Shown: one piece after another, positions 25,841-34,253 of the stretch
How the letters are laid out: the number at the start of each line of letters is the position of its first letter
Position numbering within the stretch: the stretch's first letter is position 1
Origin: Actinomycetes bacterium
Lineage (GTDB): Bacteria > Actinomycetota > Acidimicrobiia > Acidimicrobiales > Ilumatobacteraceae
Direction of reading: 5' to 3'
Length of the DNA stretch: 64,000 nt
Assembly (NCBI GenBank): GCA_025356335.1
Contig: JANXUF010000082.1
Location: forward strand, 1,910-65,909
The notes under the pieces: model-generated
Told to the model about the DNA's origin: nothing
Database searches by the model: none
What the model saw: only the letters and a program-made list of their open reading frames with translations
Made by a program: the position numbers and the translations under genes

Positions 25841-27174
25841 CGGGTCACCGCTGCCAGCGCACGGCGTGGGCTCGGTCGTGCAGCCCTGGCGGGGTAACCG
25901 ACGCGGAAGGCGACGAGCGGTCGAACCCCTGCGGGAAGCAGTTCGGCGAAGCGCGGAGCGAATGTCGCCGGCGCCCCGGTCGCCTGTTCTCGATCGATGC
26001 GTTCGGTGATCTGGTTCATGTGCTGCAGTGCGACGCCGCGGCTGGAAGCGGTGAGATGGAGGCGTTGCAGCAACCGTCCACCGGTCAGTTGCGTTTCGAC
26101 GTCGGCGGAGTCAGCGACCGTGACGACGCCGTATGCCGCGGCCGTTCTGATGTGAACATTGCGGGTCTGGTCGACCCAGAAGGTGTCGCCGGCAGAGCGT
26201 GTCGAGGCCGGCAACAGCTTCCCGGCAGTGAGCATGAGCGGGGAGAGCCCCTGCTCGTCGAGTGTCAGTCCGTCTCGATGCTGTTGGATGGCGTCGTCAT
26301 TGGAACGAAACCAGGCGAATCCGTCGATCGACTGCTGCTGGTCGTTGACAACAGCGTGCGCGGCGTCGAGCATCAACTGCCCGAGCGCCGCCTTGGCGGT
26401 CTCGTCGGTGATCCAATGGATGTCGACTCCGGACAAGCCCGTCGTGTCGACCAGTTCGGAGAGAACGCCGGCAGCAACCGGCGTCGCCCGATACGGTCCG
26501 CGATTCGAATGGCGGCTCCCGATCGCCTCGTACAGCGGCGATCGTTCTGCGGGCCCCGCAGCGAGGGCGACATGGGCAACATGGTCAACCACGTCGCTCG
26601 CTGATCCTGATGGCAGCAACGTGACCGTCGGCACGAAACCTTTGGCACGAGCGGCGATCACCAGATTTTCGATGGCGCAACCAAGTCCGACATGGTGTTC
26701 GCGTCCGGCGACGTCGACCGTGCCGATGCGTCGCGCTGAGTCGGCGTAGACGTCGATCGCCGAGTCGGTCACGTGGAAGAACCACGGCTGGGTGTTGTGC
26801 GGATTCGCAGCGAGGATCGCCGCTGCCACGGTTCCGAGCGGACCGCCGACCGACCGCCACGTCCGCCACGGGTCGTAGGCATTCCCGCCCTCCGGATCGA
26901 GCACTGCGGTGTCGAACACACGGTAACTCAGCACACCGGTGGCCAGCACGACGGCCGTGGCGCCGGCGACACCGGCGCTGCGAAGCCACGACCGCCGGGA
27001 AACCATGCGGGGCGCCTCGGTGGACGAGGCGATTCCGGTTGTCGGAGGCGACGGGTCGGCGCCGGATTCGTCTGCAGATCGTGGCAGCGTAGGCAGGGAC
27101 ATCAGCAACTCTCCAGTGGTCGGCTGCTTCCACACTGCCCCGCTGGACTCCACGTCGTCAGGGCCGAACGTCAC
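25837..27174 (-). CDS. Acg-family (double nitroreductase-fold) FMN-binding oxidoreductase with twin-arginine-like N-terminus
   Basis: SRRSWLRSAGVAGATAVVLATG, PHNTQPWFFHV, RHSNRGPY. Size and layout resemble mycobacterial Acg-type proteins (from memory). Confidence 0.65.
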   Translation of the reverse strand: MTFGPDDVESSGAVWKQPTTGELLMSLPTLPRSADESGADPSPPTTGIASSTEAPRMVSRRSWLRSAGVAGATAVVLATGVLSYRVFDTAVLDPEGGNAYDPWRTWRSVGGPLGTVAAAILAANPHNTQPWFFHVTDSAIDVYADSARRIGTVDVAGREHHVGLGCAIENLVIAARAKGFVPTVTLLPSGSASDVVDHVAHVALAAGPAERSPLYEAIGSRHSNRGPYRATPVAAGVLSELVDTTGLSGVDIHWITDETAKAALGQLMLDAAHAVVNDQQQSIDGFAWFRSNDDAIQQHRDGLTLDEQGLSPLMLTAGKLLPASTRSAGDTFWVDQTRNVHIRTAAAYGVVTVADSADVETQLTGGRLLQRLHLTASSRGVALQHMNQITERIDREQATGAPATFAPRFAELLPAGVRPLVAFRVGYPARAARPSPRRALAAVTR

Positions 27175-27246
27175 CAGTGGCCAACAGTCGCCGATGCGCC
27201 AGAACGTGGATCGACCGGACGATCGTCGTGATCGAACGATTCGACG

Positions 27247-27714
27247 CTACGTATCCGGTCGTCCGTCCCGTGCCAGCGCGGCGTTCGACCACTCCGATCG
27301 TCCCGTGAGTTCGCGCCCGAACCACGTCGGCACCTCGAACCCGTGCGCAGCCGACTCCGACTCGAACTCGACCTCGACGATGCGTAAACCAGCAAGTGCG
27401 CCGTCGTACAGGTCGACCTCGGCCACATGTCCGCCGAGGGCGACACGGTGGCGCACTTTCTCGACCCGGCGGCCCTGTGTGAACGGCCAGAGGGACATCG
27501 CCTCCGCCTCGGTGATCGCACACTCCACCTCGGTCCTCGACAGACCGAGGCCGGCCTTCACGGTGATGACGGCGACCGCATCGGTGATCCGCACGCGTAG
27601 CTCGACGCCGTTGTCCTCAGCCAGGTATCCCTGTCGGAGCCGCACGCCATCGCCGAGCTGTGGCGCAGCCGGCAATTCTCCGACCATGAATTTGCGCTCC
27701 AGCTCGATACCCAT
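27247..27714 (-). CDS. CYTH-domain protein (triphosphate tunnel metalloenzyme)
   Basis: N-terminal IELERKFMV (ExExK signature) directly after the ATG at 27714. About 155 aa. Confidence 0.75.
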   Translation of the reverse strand: MGIELERKFMVGELPAAPQLGDGVRLRQGYLAEDNGVELRVRITDAVAVITVKAGLGLSRTEVECAITEAEAMSLWPFTQGRRVEKVRHRVALGGHVAEVDLYDGALAGLRIVEVEFESESAAHGFEVPTWFGRELTGRSEWSNAALARDGRPDT

Positions 27715-27735
27715 CGAACGCAGTATGGTGCGCCC

Positions 27736-28698
27736 ATGCGCCTGACCTCCAAAATGTCGGCGACGCACGGGTTCGTGTCAGTGCTGCTGGACGAACTGCA
27801 GGCAATCGAGGTCAACTGGCCGGCGGCAATCGACGGTACGGATCCCGAAGGTCTGCACCAGCTCCGAGTTGCGATGCGCCGCACTCGGGCAGTGATCGGC
27901 GAGAGCAAGGGCGTCCTGCCAGCGGTGACACGCCGCCTGTACAGCGACGAGTTCGCCTGGCTCGCCGGCTCGACCGGGCCGACCCGCGATCTCGACGTCT
28001 ACGTCATCGAATGGCCGAGTTACGTCGACGGAATGTCGTCGAAGAGCATCGAGGCGCTGCAACCGGTCCTCGACCGCATCGAACTGGACCGGGCGCAGGC
28101 CCGCACAGCGCTCGTTGCCGTGCTGCAATCAGCGAGAGCCAACGATGTCATCGAAGCGTGGCGGGCGACGCTCGCCGATGGCCGGGCGCCGGCGATGGGT
28201 GAACCTGGCTCGGCGACGCCGGTCGACGACATCGGCCCCTCGCTCGGGCAGGTGCTCGCCATGCGGTTCCGGCATGCTCACTCACGGGTCCTCGATGCTG
28301 GGCGGCGTATCGATCCGGACTCACCGGCTGAAGCCCTCCACGAGCTCCGCAAGGACGCCAAGAAGCTCCGCTATATCGTCGACTGCTTCTCCCCGGTACT
28401 GCCGAAGAAGTTGCGCAACGCCTTCGGCGAACAGATGCAGGGCCTGCAGGACAACCTCGGCGAACACCAGGATGCCCAGGTGCATACCAGCGAACTCGAT
28501 ACCGTGGCCCATGGCCTGATCGCCAACCGTCGCAACGTCGACACGTTCATCGCTCTCGGCAGGCTGCTCGAGCGATTGCAACAGATGCAGATCAGCGCTC
28601 GGTCCGAGTTCGCAGACCGTTTCCGAGAATACGACTCACCCAAGACCAAGAGGATCGTGAGCGAGTTACTCGACTCCCTCGACGAGGCACACCGATGA
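27736..28698 (+). CDS. CHAD-domain protein
   Basis: Helical repeats with HQLRVAMRRTRAVI, LHELRKDAKKLRYIVDCF and LGEHQDAQV. Confidence 0.8.
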   Translation: MRLTSKMSATHGFVSVLLDELQAIEVNWPAAIDGTDPEGLHQLRVAMRRTRAVIGESKGVLPAVTRRLYSDEFAWLAGSTGPTRDLDVYVIEWPSYVDGMSSKSIEALQPVLDRIELDRAQARTALVAVLQSARANDVIEAWRATLADGRAPAMGEPGSATPVDDIGPSLGQVLAMRFRHAHSRVLDAGRRIDPDSPAEALHELRKDAKKLRYIVDCFSPVLPKKLRNAFGEQMQGLQDNLGEHQDAQVHTSELDTVAHGLIANRRNVDTFIALGRLLERLQQMQISARSEFADRFREYDSPKTKRIVSELLDSLDEAHR

Positions 28699-28828
28699 CC
28701 GTTTAGGCGGACCGACCAGTTACGTCGCGTCGGGGACGCGGCGCCGGCGCGACCTGACTCCGAAGCCGAGCACGCCGAGCCCGGCCAACGGCAACAGGAT
28801 GGCAACCGGTGTCCAGCCGTCACACGCT

Positions 28829-28865
28829 GGCGCCTCGGATCGCATCACTTACGATCTGAGGCGCC
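28829..28865. terminator. Hairpin between convergent CHAD and TIGR03943-like genes
   Basis: ggcgcctcggatcg / catcactta / cgatctgaggcgcc: a 14-bp stem with one G-T pair, 33 nt past the stop at 28898. Confidence 0.45.
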
Positions 28866-28897
28866 GGCGTCGCGTCCGGCACCGGGTCCGTACGGCA

Positions 28898-29746
28898 TCA
28901 GTTCGGCTCGTACGGGTCTGATGGCTGGGCGATCGGGGTGACCGTCGCGGCAACGAGCAACGGTGCTTGCTGCGGTCCGGCACCGGCGTGGAACGAGCCG
29001 GTGATCTGCACCCAGCTGTCGACGGGCGGGACCGTGCCGGTGTAGCCGATGACGTGCGCCAGGTTCGCCCTCCCGTCGGCAGCGCAGCAGGCGATCTGGA
29101 AACGGGCGACGATGAAACCGTCACCGTGTGGCGCCTTGGCGACGAAGCCGACGACCGATACCGGTACACCGGCGAAGCTCACCCCCGCCCGGTCGAAAGC
29201 CCGTTCGTCGAACTCCTTGAGCAGCATCCCGACCGGATCGGCACCCGTCAGATCGGCAAACGATCCGGAGCCCTGCTGCACCGATGTCGACGACAATGCC
29301 CGCGAGAGGGCGAACGAGCCGAGCCCCGGCGGGGCGATGGCGAACACGGTCAGCACCGGGACGAGCAGCAACCAGCCGACCGCAATCCTGCCGTGCCCGT
29401 CGTCATCGTGTTCGTGGCCGTGGTAGCGGCCGTGTTCGTGTTCGTGGCTGTCACTGGGGCCACGCCTCGAACTCCACCATGTGACGGCGCCAGCGAGGAT
29501 CAGGACGAATCCGCTGATCATCAAGATCGGGCCCATGCCGACTCGGACATACCGCTTGTAGTGCCCTGTTGTGACGAGGCGGACGAGGCAGATGCCGACG
29601 AGCGCACAGACCAACGCCGGAGCGCCGGAACCGGATGAATGCCGTGCGAACGAGTTCGGCGCGGCGGGGGCGGAGCCCACCTCGTCATGCTGGAGCAGTG
29701 CCCTCACGTCGGTGCTGACGTCCTGATCGAAGAGGTCCGAGCTCAC
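28898..29746 (-). CDS. TIGR03943-like two-TM protein with His-rich loop (partner of the upstream permease)
   Basis: GTG at 29746 forms a GTGA overlap with the permease stop. His-rich stretch SDSHEHEHGRYHGHEHDDDGHG lies between two TM helices. C-terminal domain has FQIACCAADG. Only the last 282 codons of the 749-aa track ORF look real. Confidence 0.7.
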   Translation of the reverse strand: MSSDLFDQDVSTDVRALLQHDEVGSAPAAPNSFARHSSGSGAPALVCALVGICLVRLVTTGHYKRYVRVGMGPILMISGFVLILAGAVTWWSSRRGPSDSHEHEHGRYHGHEHDDDGHGRIAVGWLLLVPVLTVFAIAPPGLGSFALSRALSSTSVQQGSGSFADLTGADPVGMLLKEFDERAFDRAGVSFAGVPVSVVGFVAKAPHGDGFIVARFQIACCAADGRANLAHVIGYTGTVPPVDSWVQITGSFHAGAGPQQAPLLVAATVTPIAQPSDPYEPN

Positions 29747-30711
29747 AACAGCACCAGGCCGACAGCAGTCGCCGCAAGCACGCAGACGACGAACGTCACC
29801 GGAGCGAACCGCAGCGTGAACGACCGGCCGAACGTGCCGGCCTGCAGGGCGATCAGTTTGACGTCGACCATCGGGCCGACGGTCATGAACACCAGCCGAG
29901 ACGTCAGCGAGAACTGGCTCAGACCGGCGGCGATGAAGGCGTCGGCTTCGGAGCAGACGGCGAGCACGACGGCGAGCAGGCCGAGAGCAAGCAGGGAGAT
30001 CCAACCGAGGGAGGCGACGCTGCCGAGTATCCGTTGCGGAACGATCGTCTGCAGCGTCGCCGACATGGCTGCGCCGATCACGAGATACCCGCCTGCCTGG
30101 AGGAAGTCGTGCTGCACCGTGTGCGTGAACGCATCGAGGCGATTGTCGTGCTGATGGGCCGGACGGCGGGCCTTCAGCAACCAATCCTCGTGACCGATCC
30201 GTATCCAGATCCACCCGACGGCGATCGAGGCGACGAGGCCGGCGACGAATCGGGCCAGAACCATTTCCGGGTGACCGGGAAAGGCAACGGCGGTGGCGAC
30301 GAGCACGACCGGGTTGACGGCAGGCGCCGCCAGTAGGAACGTCAGTGCAGCAGCCGATGGTGCGCCACGCGAAATCAGGCGGCCGGCGATCGGCACCGAG
30401 CCGCACTCGCATCCGGGCAGCGCGACGCCGGCGATGGCGGCGACGGGCACTGCGAATACCGGCCGCTTCGGCAGCATGTTGGCAACAGCGTCCGGTGGCA
30501 GAAAGGCAGCGATCGAACCGCTGACGAGCACTCCCAACACGAGGAAGGGCATCGCCTGGATACACACGGCGACGAATACGGTCGCCCAGTTCGCCAGTGC
30601 CGGATGACCGCCAACGCCGACGGCTAGCAGTTCGAACGCTGACGCCGCCACAGAGAAAAACGTAGGTGCCGGAGATGGACGGCGGATGACGAACAGACCA
30701 ACGGTCGCCAA
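29743..30711 (-). CDS. Permease of the COG0701 / ArsP-like family
   Basis: 322 aa, ~8 TM helices, LPGCECGSVPIAGRL and VCSEADAFIAAG motifs. Confidence 0.8.
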   Translation of the reverse strand: MATVGLFVIRRPSPAPTFFSVAASAFELLAVGVGGHPALANWATVFVAVCIQAMPFLVLGVLVSGSIAAFLPPDAVANMLPKRPVFAVPVAAIAGVALPGCECGSVPIAGRLISRGAPSAAALTFLLAAPAVNPVVLVATAVAFPGHPEMVLARFVAGLVASIAVGWIWIRIGHEDWLLKARRPAHQHDNRLDAFTHTVQHDFLQAGGYLVIGAAMSATLQTIVPQRILGSVASLGWISLLALGLLAVVLAVCSEADAFIAAGLSQFSLTSRLVFMTVGPMVDVKLIALQAGTFGRSFTLRFAPVTFVVCVLAATAVGLVLL

Positions 30712-30743
30712 CCCGCAGATGTATGTGCGATGACGGCGCCGAA

Positions 30744-30776
30744 CGTTTGCCGGATGTTCGTCTGTCGTTCAACTGC
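30744..30776 (+). promoter_or_regulatory. PHO-box-like repeats upstream of the 5'-nucleotidase
   Basis: GTTTGccggat GTTCGtctgtc GTTCAactgca: three consecutive 11-nt units, 82-114 nt upstream of the ATG at 30858 (RBS GGGAGG). The site is shared with the divergent permease gene. Confidence 0.5.
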
Positions 30777-30857
30777 ACGTCTGCTGGGCGATTGGTGACG
30801 GTGGCGGAACTGTTGACAGACCTGTAGACGGCTTCAGGTTGCCATGGGAGGCACAGC

Positions 30858-32966
30858 ATGAAACACCGACACTCCGCCACGCTCCGTACCATCGGCGTCG
30901 TGGCCCTGCTCGGCGCGGCGATCATCGCACCGCTGGCATCGGGATCGTCCGCCAACGCGACAGTGATCTCCGGAGCGAACAGCATCGGCGACACCGTCAA
31001 GATGGCCTTCCCAGGAGCGGGAAGCGGAGCGACAACGAGCATCCACGTGCTCGGCTTCAACGACCTGCACGGCAACCTCGACGCGACGGCAACGACTCCT
31101 GCGAAGCAGTACGGGACGTTCGCCGGCGGTGCAGCCAACCTCGCCAATCTCGTCGCCTCGAAGAAGTCTGCCTACGGCGCTTCCGACGTCGCCACGGTCT
31201 ACGCCGGTGACGCCGTCGGTGCCTCGCCGCTGATCAGTGCCGTCTACAACGACGAGCCGACGATTGTCGCCCTCGACCAGATGGGCATCGACTTCGCCTC
31301 GGTCGGCAACCACGAATTCGACAAGGGCTTCACCGAACTGCAGCGCCTTGCCAAAGGCTGCAGCACTGCGCCGGATCCGTCCGCCTGTTCTGTCGCCAAG
31401 ACCAAGATCCATGCCGACAATGTCGCCAAGGGCACCTCGAACGCCGAGGACTACATCCTGCCGGGCGGCGGCACGAGCCCGACCTATCCCGGTGCCAATT
31501 TCCAGTACCTGTCGACGAATGTTCGCACGACATCGTCCGGCAACCTCGCCGAGAACACGCTGTTCCCAGCGTACGGCACCAAGGACTTTCCGTCGAGCAG
31601 CGGCGGCACGATCAAGGTCGGATTCATCGGCCTGACCCTGAAGGACACGCCGACGATTGTCTCGCCTGGGGGTGTCGCCGGACTGACGTTCGACCCGGAG
31701 GTCGCGGCTGCGAACGCCGCCGCCACGAAGTTGAAGGCGCTCGGCGCCAAGACGATCGTGATGCTCCTGCACCAGGGCGGTTTCCAGGCCGGAACCGCTG
31801 TCCTCAACGGCTGCGCAGGCAACCTCGACCCGGCGGTCAACGCCTCCAACCAACCGATCTTCGACATCGTCGGCCCGTCGAGCGGCCTCGATCCGGACAT
31901 CGGTGTGATCATCAGCGGACACACGCACACCGAGTACGTGTGCACGATCACCAACGGTACGCAGACACGACTGATCACCAGCGCGTCGGCGTTCGCCAGG
32001 GTGCTCACCGACGCCACCTTGACGATTTCCAACGACACCGGCGAGTTGAAGCTCGCCAGCGCCGTCAACCAGATCAACTCATCGTCCTCGAACGCCACGA
32101 CGTTCACGGCGCTGCCGGGCGATCCGACCACGGCGGCGATCGTCGCCCAGTACCGGACTGCAGTCGCCTCGACCGCCCGTGCCATCGTCGGCAGGATCAC
32201 TGCCAGTTTCAGCAACTCGGTGCAGGCGCCATACGGCGAAATGACAGCCGGGGACCTCGTCGCCGACGCTCAACTCGCGGCAACGGCGAGCCCGTCGAGC
32301 GGTGGCGCACAGATAGCGCTGATGAACTCCGGCGGCGTCCGTTCGCCCGGCCTCGTCTTCTCCGGCAGCGGAACACTGACGTACAACGACGCTTTCACGA
32401 TGCAACCGTTCTACAACTACCTCGTCACCAAGACGATGACGGGTGCCGACATCCGCTCGGTCCTGGAGGAGCAGTACGTCGGCTGCGGCGGCCAGACCGT
32501 GCAGCGCATCATGCTGGCGTCGACGGGTTTCCGGTACGAGACCAATCCGGCAGCGGTGCCATGCGCAGCGAAGATCGGCGCGATCCAGTTGAACGGTATC
32601 GATATCGTGCCGACGCAGACCTATCGCGTGACGATGAACAACTTCATGTACGGCGGCGGCGACGGCTACGGCGTCTTCAAGAACGCCCCCCAGGACGGTG
32701 TGTACGGCCAGTTCGATATCGACGCCCTGGTCGCCTTTCTGCAGCCGAGTATCGCCGGTCCGGCGTTTTCGCCGATCGCGCTGAAGACCTCGGCCCCCGT
32801 GCTGTCATCAGATCCGAACCGGATCGTCTCGATCGGCAGCCTGCCGCCAGGGGTCCCGGCAAACGTGCCGGAGGCGTCGAACCCCGCATTCCTGCTGCTC
32901 GCCGCCGGCGGTGTCCTGCTGCTCGGCATGTGGTTCACCAACCGCAAGCGTGCGAGCGTCGCCTGA
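30858..32966 (+). CDS. Secreted bifunctional metallophosphatase / 5'-nucleotidase with PANxPE-type C-terminal sorting tail
   Basis: Signal peptide. VLGFNDLHGNLD, GNHEFD, ISGHTH. C-terminal 5'-nucleotidase domain. C-terminus VPANVPEASNPAFLLLAAGGVLLLGMWFTNRKRASVA. Confidence 0.85.
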   Translation: MKHRHSATLRTIGVVALLGAAIIAPLASGSSANATVISGANSIGDTVKMAFPGAGSGATTSIHVLGFNDLHGNLDATATTPAKQYGTFAGGAANLANLVASKKSAYGASDVATVYAGDAVGASPLISAVYNDEPTIVALDQMGIDFASVGNHEFDKGFTELQRLAKGCSTAPDPSACSVAKTKIHADNVAKGTSNAEDYILPGGGTSPTYPGANFQYLSTNVRTTSSGNLAENTLFPAYGTKDFPSSSGGTIKVGFIGLTLKDTPTIVSPGGVAGLTFDPEVAAANAAATKLKALGAKTIVMLLHQGGFQAGTAVLNGCAGNLDPAVNASNQPIFDIVGPSSGLDPDIGVIISGHTHTEYVCTITNGTQTRLITSASAFARVLTDATLTISNDTGELKLASAVNQINSSSSNATTFTALPGDPTTAAIVAQYRTAVASTARAIVGRITASFSNSVQAPYGEMTAGDLVADAQLAATASPSSGGAQIALMNSGGVRSPGLVFSGSGTLTYNDAFTMQPFYNYLVTKTMTGADIRSVLEEQYVGCGGQTVQRIMLASTGFRYETNPAAVPCAAKIGAIQLNGIDIVPTQTYRVTMNNFMYGGGDGYGVFKNAPQDGVYGQFDIDALVAFLQPSIAGPAFSPIALKTSAPVLSSDPNRIVSIGSLPPGVPANVPEASNPAFLLLAAGGVLLLGMWFTNRKRASVA

Positions 32967-32987
32967 GCCCACGTAGTACCTCTCGCT

Positions 32988-33024
32988 GGCAGTAGATGTC
33001 GCAGATTCTGCGACATCTACTGCC
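32988..33024. terminator. Perfect 17-bp hairpin, bidirectional terminator candidate
   Basis: ggcagtagatgtcgcag att ctgcgacatctactgcc, lying between convergent genes that end at 32966 (+) and 33048 (-). Confidence 0.6.
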
Positions 33025-33047
33025 GGCGTTCACATTTTTCGGCCGCC

Positions 33048-33466
33048 TCAGATCGCTCGCATCCTGTTGTTACGGGCGTGGTGTTCGACTTCGGCGAGGC
33101 CGAGCACTTCGAGCACTGGCGGCACGTAGTTGCCGAACCGCCCCGCAACCCCTTCTTGAACCCGTACCAGCCACCGACGGGATTGTCGGTCGATCGCCCC
33201 CACGCTTCCACGGTTCCGTCTGCCGCCGGCTTCTGTTCGTCAGCGTTGCCGAGCGGCATCCAATCGCCGGCATCCGTCAGCATCGCGTGGAGATCCTCGA
33301 TGCACGACAGGTGATAGCGCAATTGCGTCTTGCCGACCTGGACCACGAGCGCCGGAGGCGACGCGTCCGGATCGCGATACGCCTCGAACGAACTGCTCCC
33401 CGGCGGGGTCGTCAACTGCCATGGGTCGCTCGGAGTTCCGGTGCCTGCTACATCGTCGATGTTCAT
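33048..33466 (-). pseudogene. Conserved actinobacterial hypothetical protein with an apparent 1-nt frameshift in a G-run
   Basis: The frame reads ...NPVGGWYGFKKGLRG up to ~33140. The adjacent frame then continues RFGNYVPPVLEVLGLAEVEHHARNNRMRAI* and stops at 33048. The listed ORF instead runs into a Cys/Ser-rich tail ending at 33017, inside the hairpin. Confidence 0.6.
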
Positions 33467-33536
33467 GGAGTCACTGTCTCATCTCGAAGGTGACATCTGC
33501 TGTCATCTTCTTCGACAGTTCGACTACGGTTCGTCG

Positions 33537-34208
33537 GTGCGCGCCGCCCGCCTCCTCGACATGTTGCTGCTGCTCCAGCGACGAGGGCGGATGACGGCGA
33601 CGGAACTGGCCGACACGCTCGAGGTGTCGCGTCGGTCGATCCTGCGCGACGTCGAGGCGCTCAGCGAAACAGGTGTGCCGATCTTCACGACGAGGGGCGC
33701 GGGCGGCGGCATCGAACTGTTGGACGGATTCCAGACACACCTCACCGGTCTGACCACCGAGGAAGCGATGTGTCTGTTCCTCGTCGGCCAGCCACGGGTT
33801 GCTCACCGGCTCGGCCTCGGTGCGCCGACGTCGACGGCGCGCAACAAGCTGATCAGCGCTCTCCCCCAGGCGCTCGCCGACGAAGCCGACCGCTTGTCCA
33901 GCTGGCTGCTCCACGACCCGGATCCGTGGACGGGCAACCGAATTCCTCACGGTGAGCTCAGGAGGTTGGCCCGTATGGTGCGCGAACAACGCCAAGTCGA
34001 GCTGACCATTGCCGACCATCCGACCATCATCGTCAAACCCATCGGCCTGGTGCTCAAGGCCGGTTCATGGCACCTCGTCGTCTGTGGTCGCAGCGAGGCC
34101 GACGTCATGTGCATCGACGAGTTGCGGGCAACGAGGCTCACCACTCAGCGATTCATCCCCCCGTGCGACTTCGACCTCGCCACGTTCTGGAAACAGCACA
34201 CCGCCTGA
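33537..34208 (+). CDS. YafY-family HTH + WYL-domain transcriptional regulator
   Basis: RAARLLDMLLLLQRRGRMTATELADTLEVSRRSILRDVEALSETGVPI, and later KAGSWHLVVCG (WYL-like). A GTG start at 33537 is proposed; ATG starts further upstream are possible. Confidence 0.75.
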   Translation: MRAARLLDMLLLLQRRGRMTATELADTLEVSRRSILRDVEALSETGVPIFTTRGAGGGIELLDGFQTHLTGLTTEEAMCLFLVGQPRVAHRLGLGAPTSTARNKLISALPQALADEADRLSSWLLHDPDPWTGNRIPHGELRRLARMVREQRQVELTIADHPTIIVKPIGLVLKAGSWHLVVCGRSEADVMCIDELRATRLTTQRFIPPCDFDLATFWKQHTA

Positions 34209-34253
34209 CACGGCTACGGGCGCGATGGCGACGCCCGTACCGCGGTTGTCGGG

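Noticed and set aside
29747-31147. N-terminal two-thirds of the 749-aa ORF 28898-31147, and the 364-aa ORF 30834-31928
   Set aside because: Arg/Pro-rich junk that runs across the permease gene in another frame and antisense to the 5'-nucleotidase. Only the last 282 codons (from the GTG at 29746) look like a protein.
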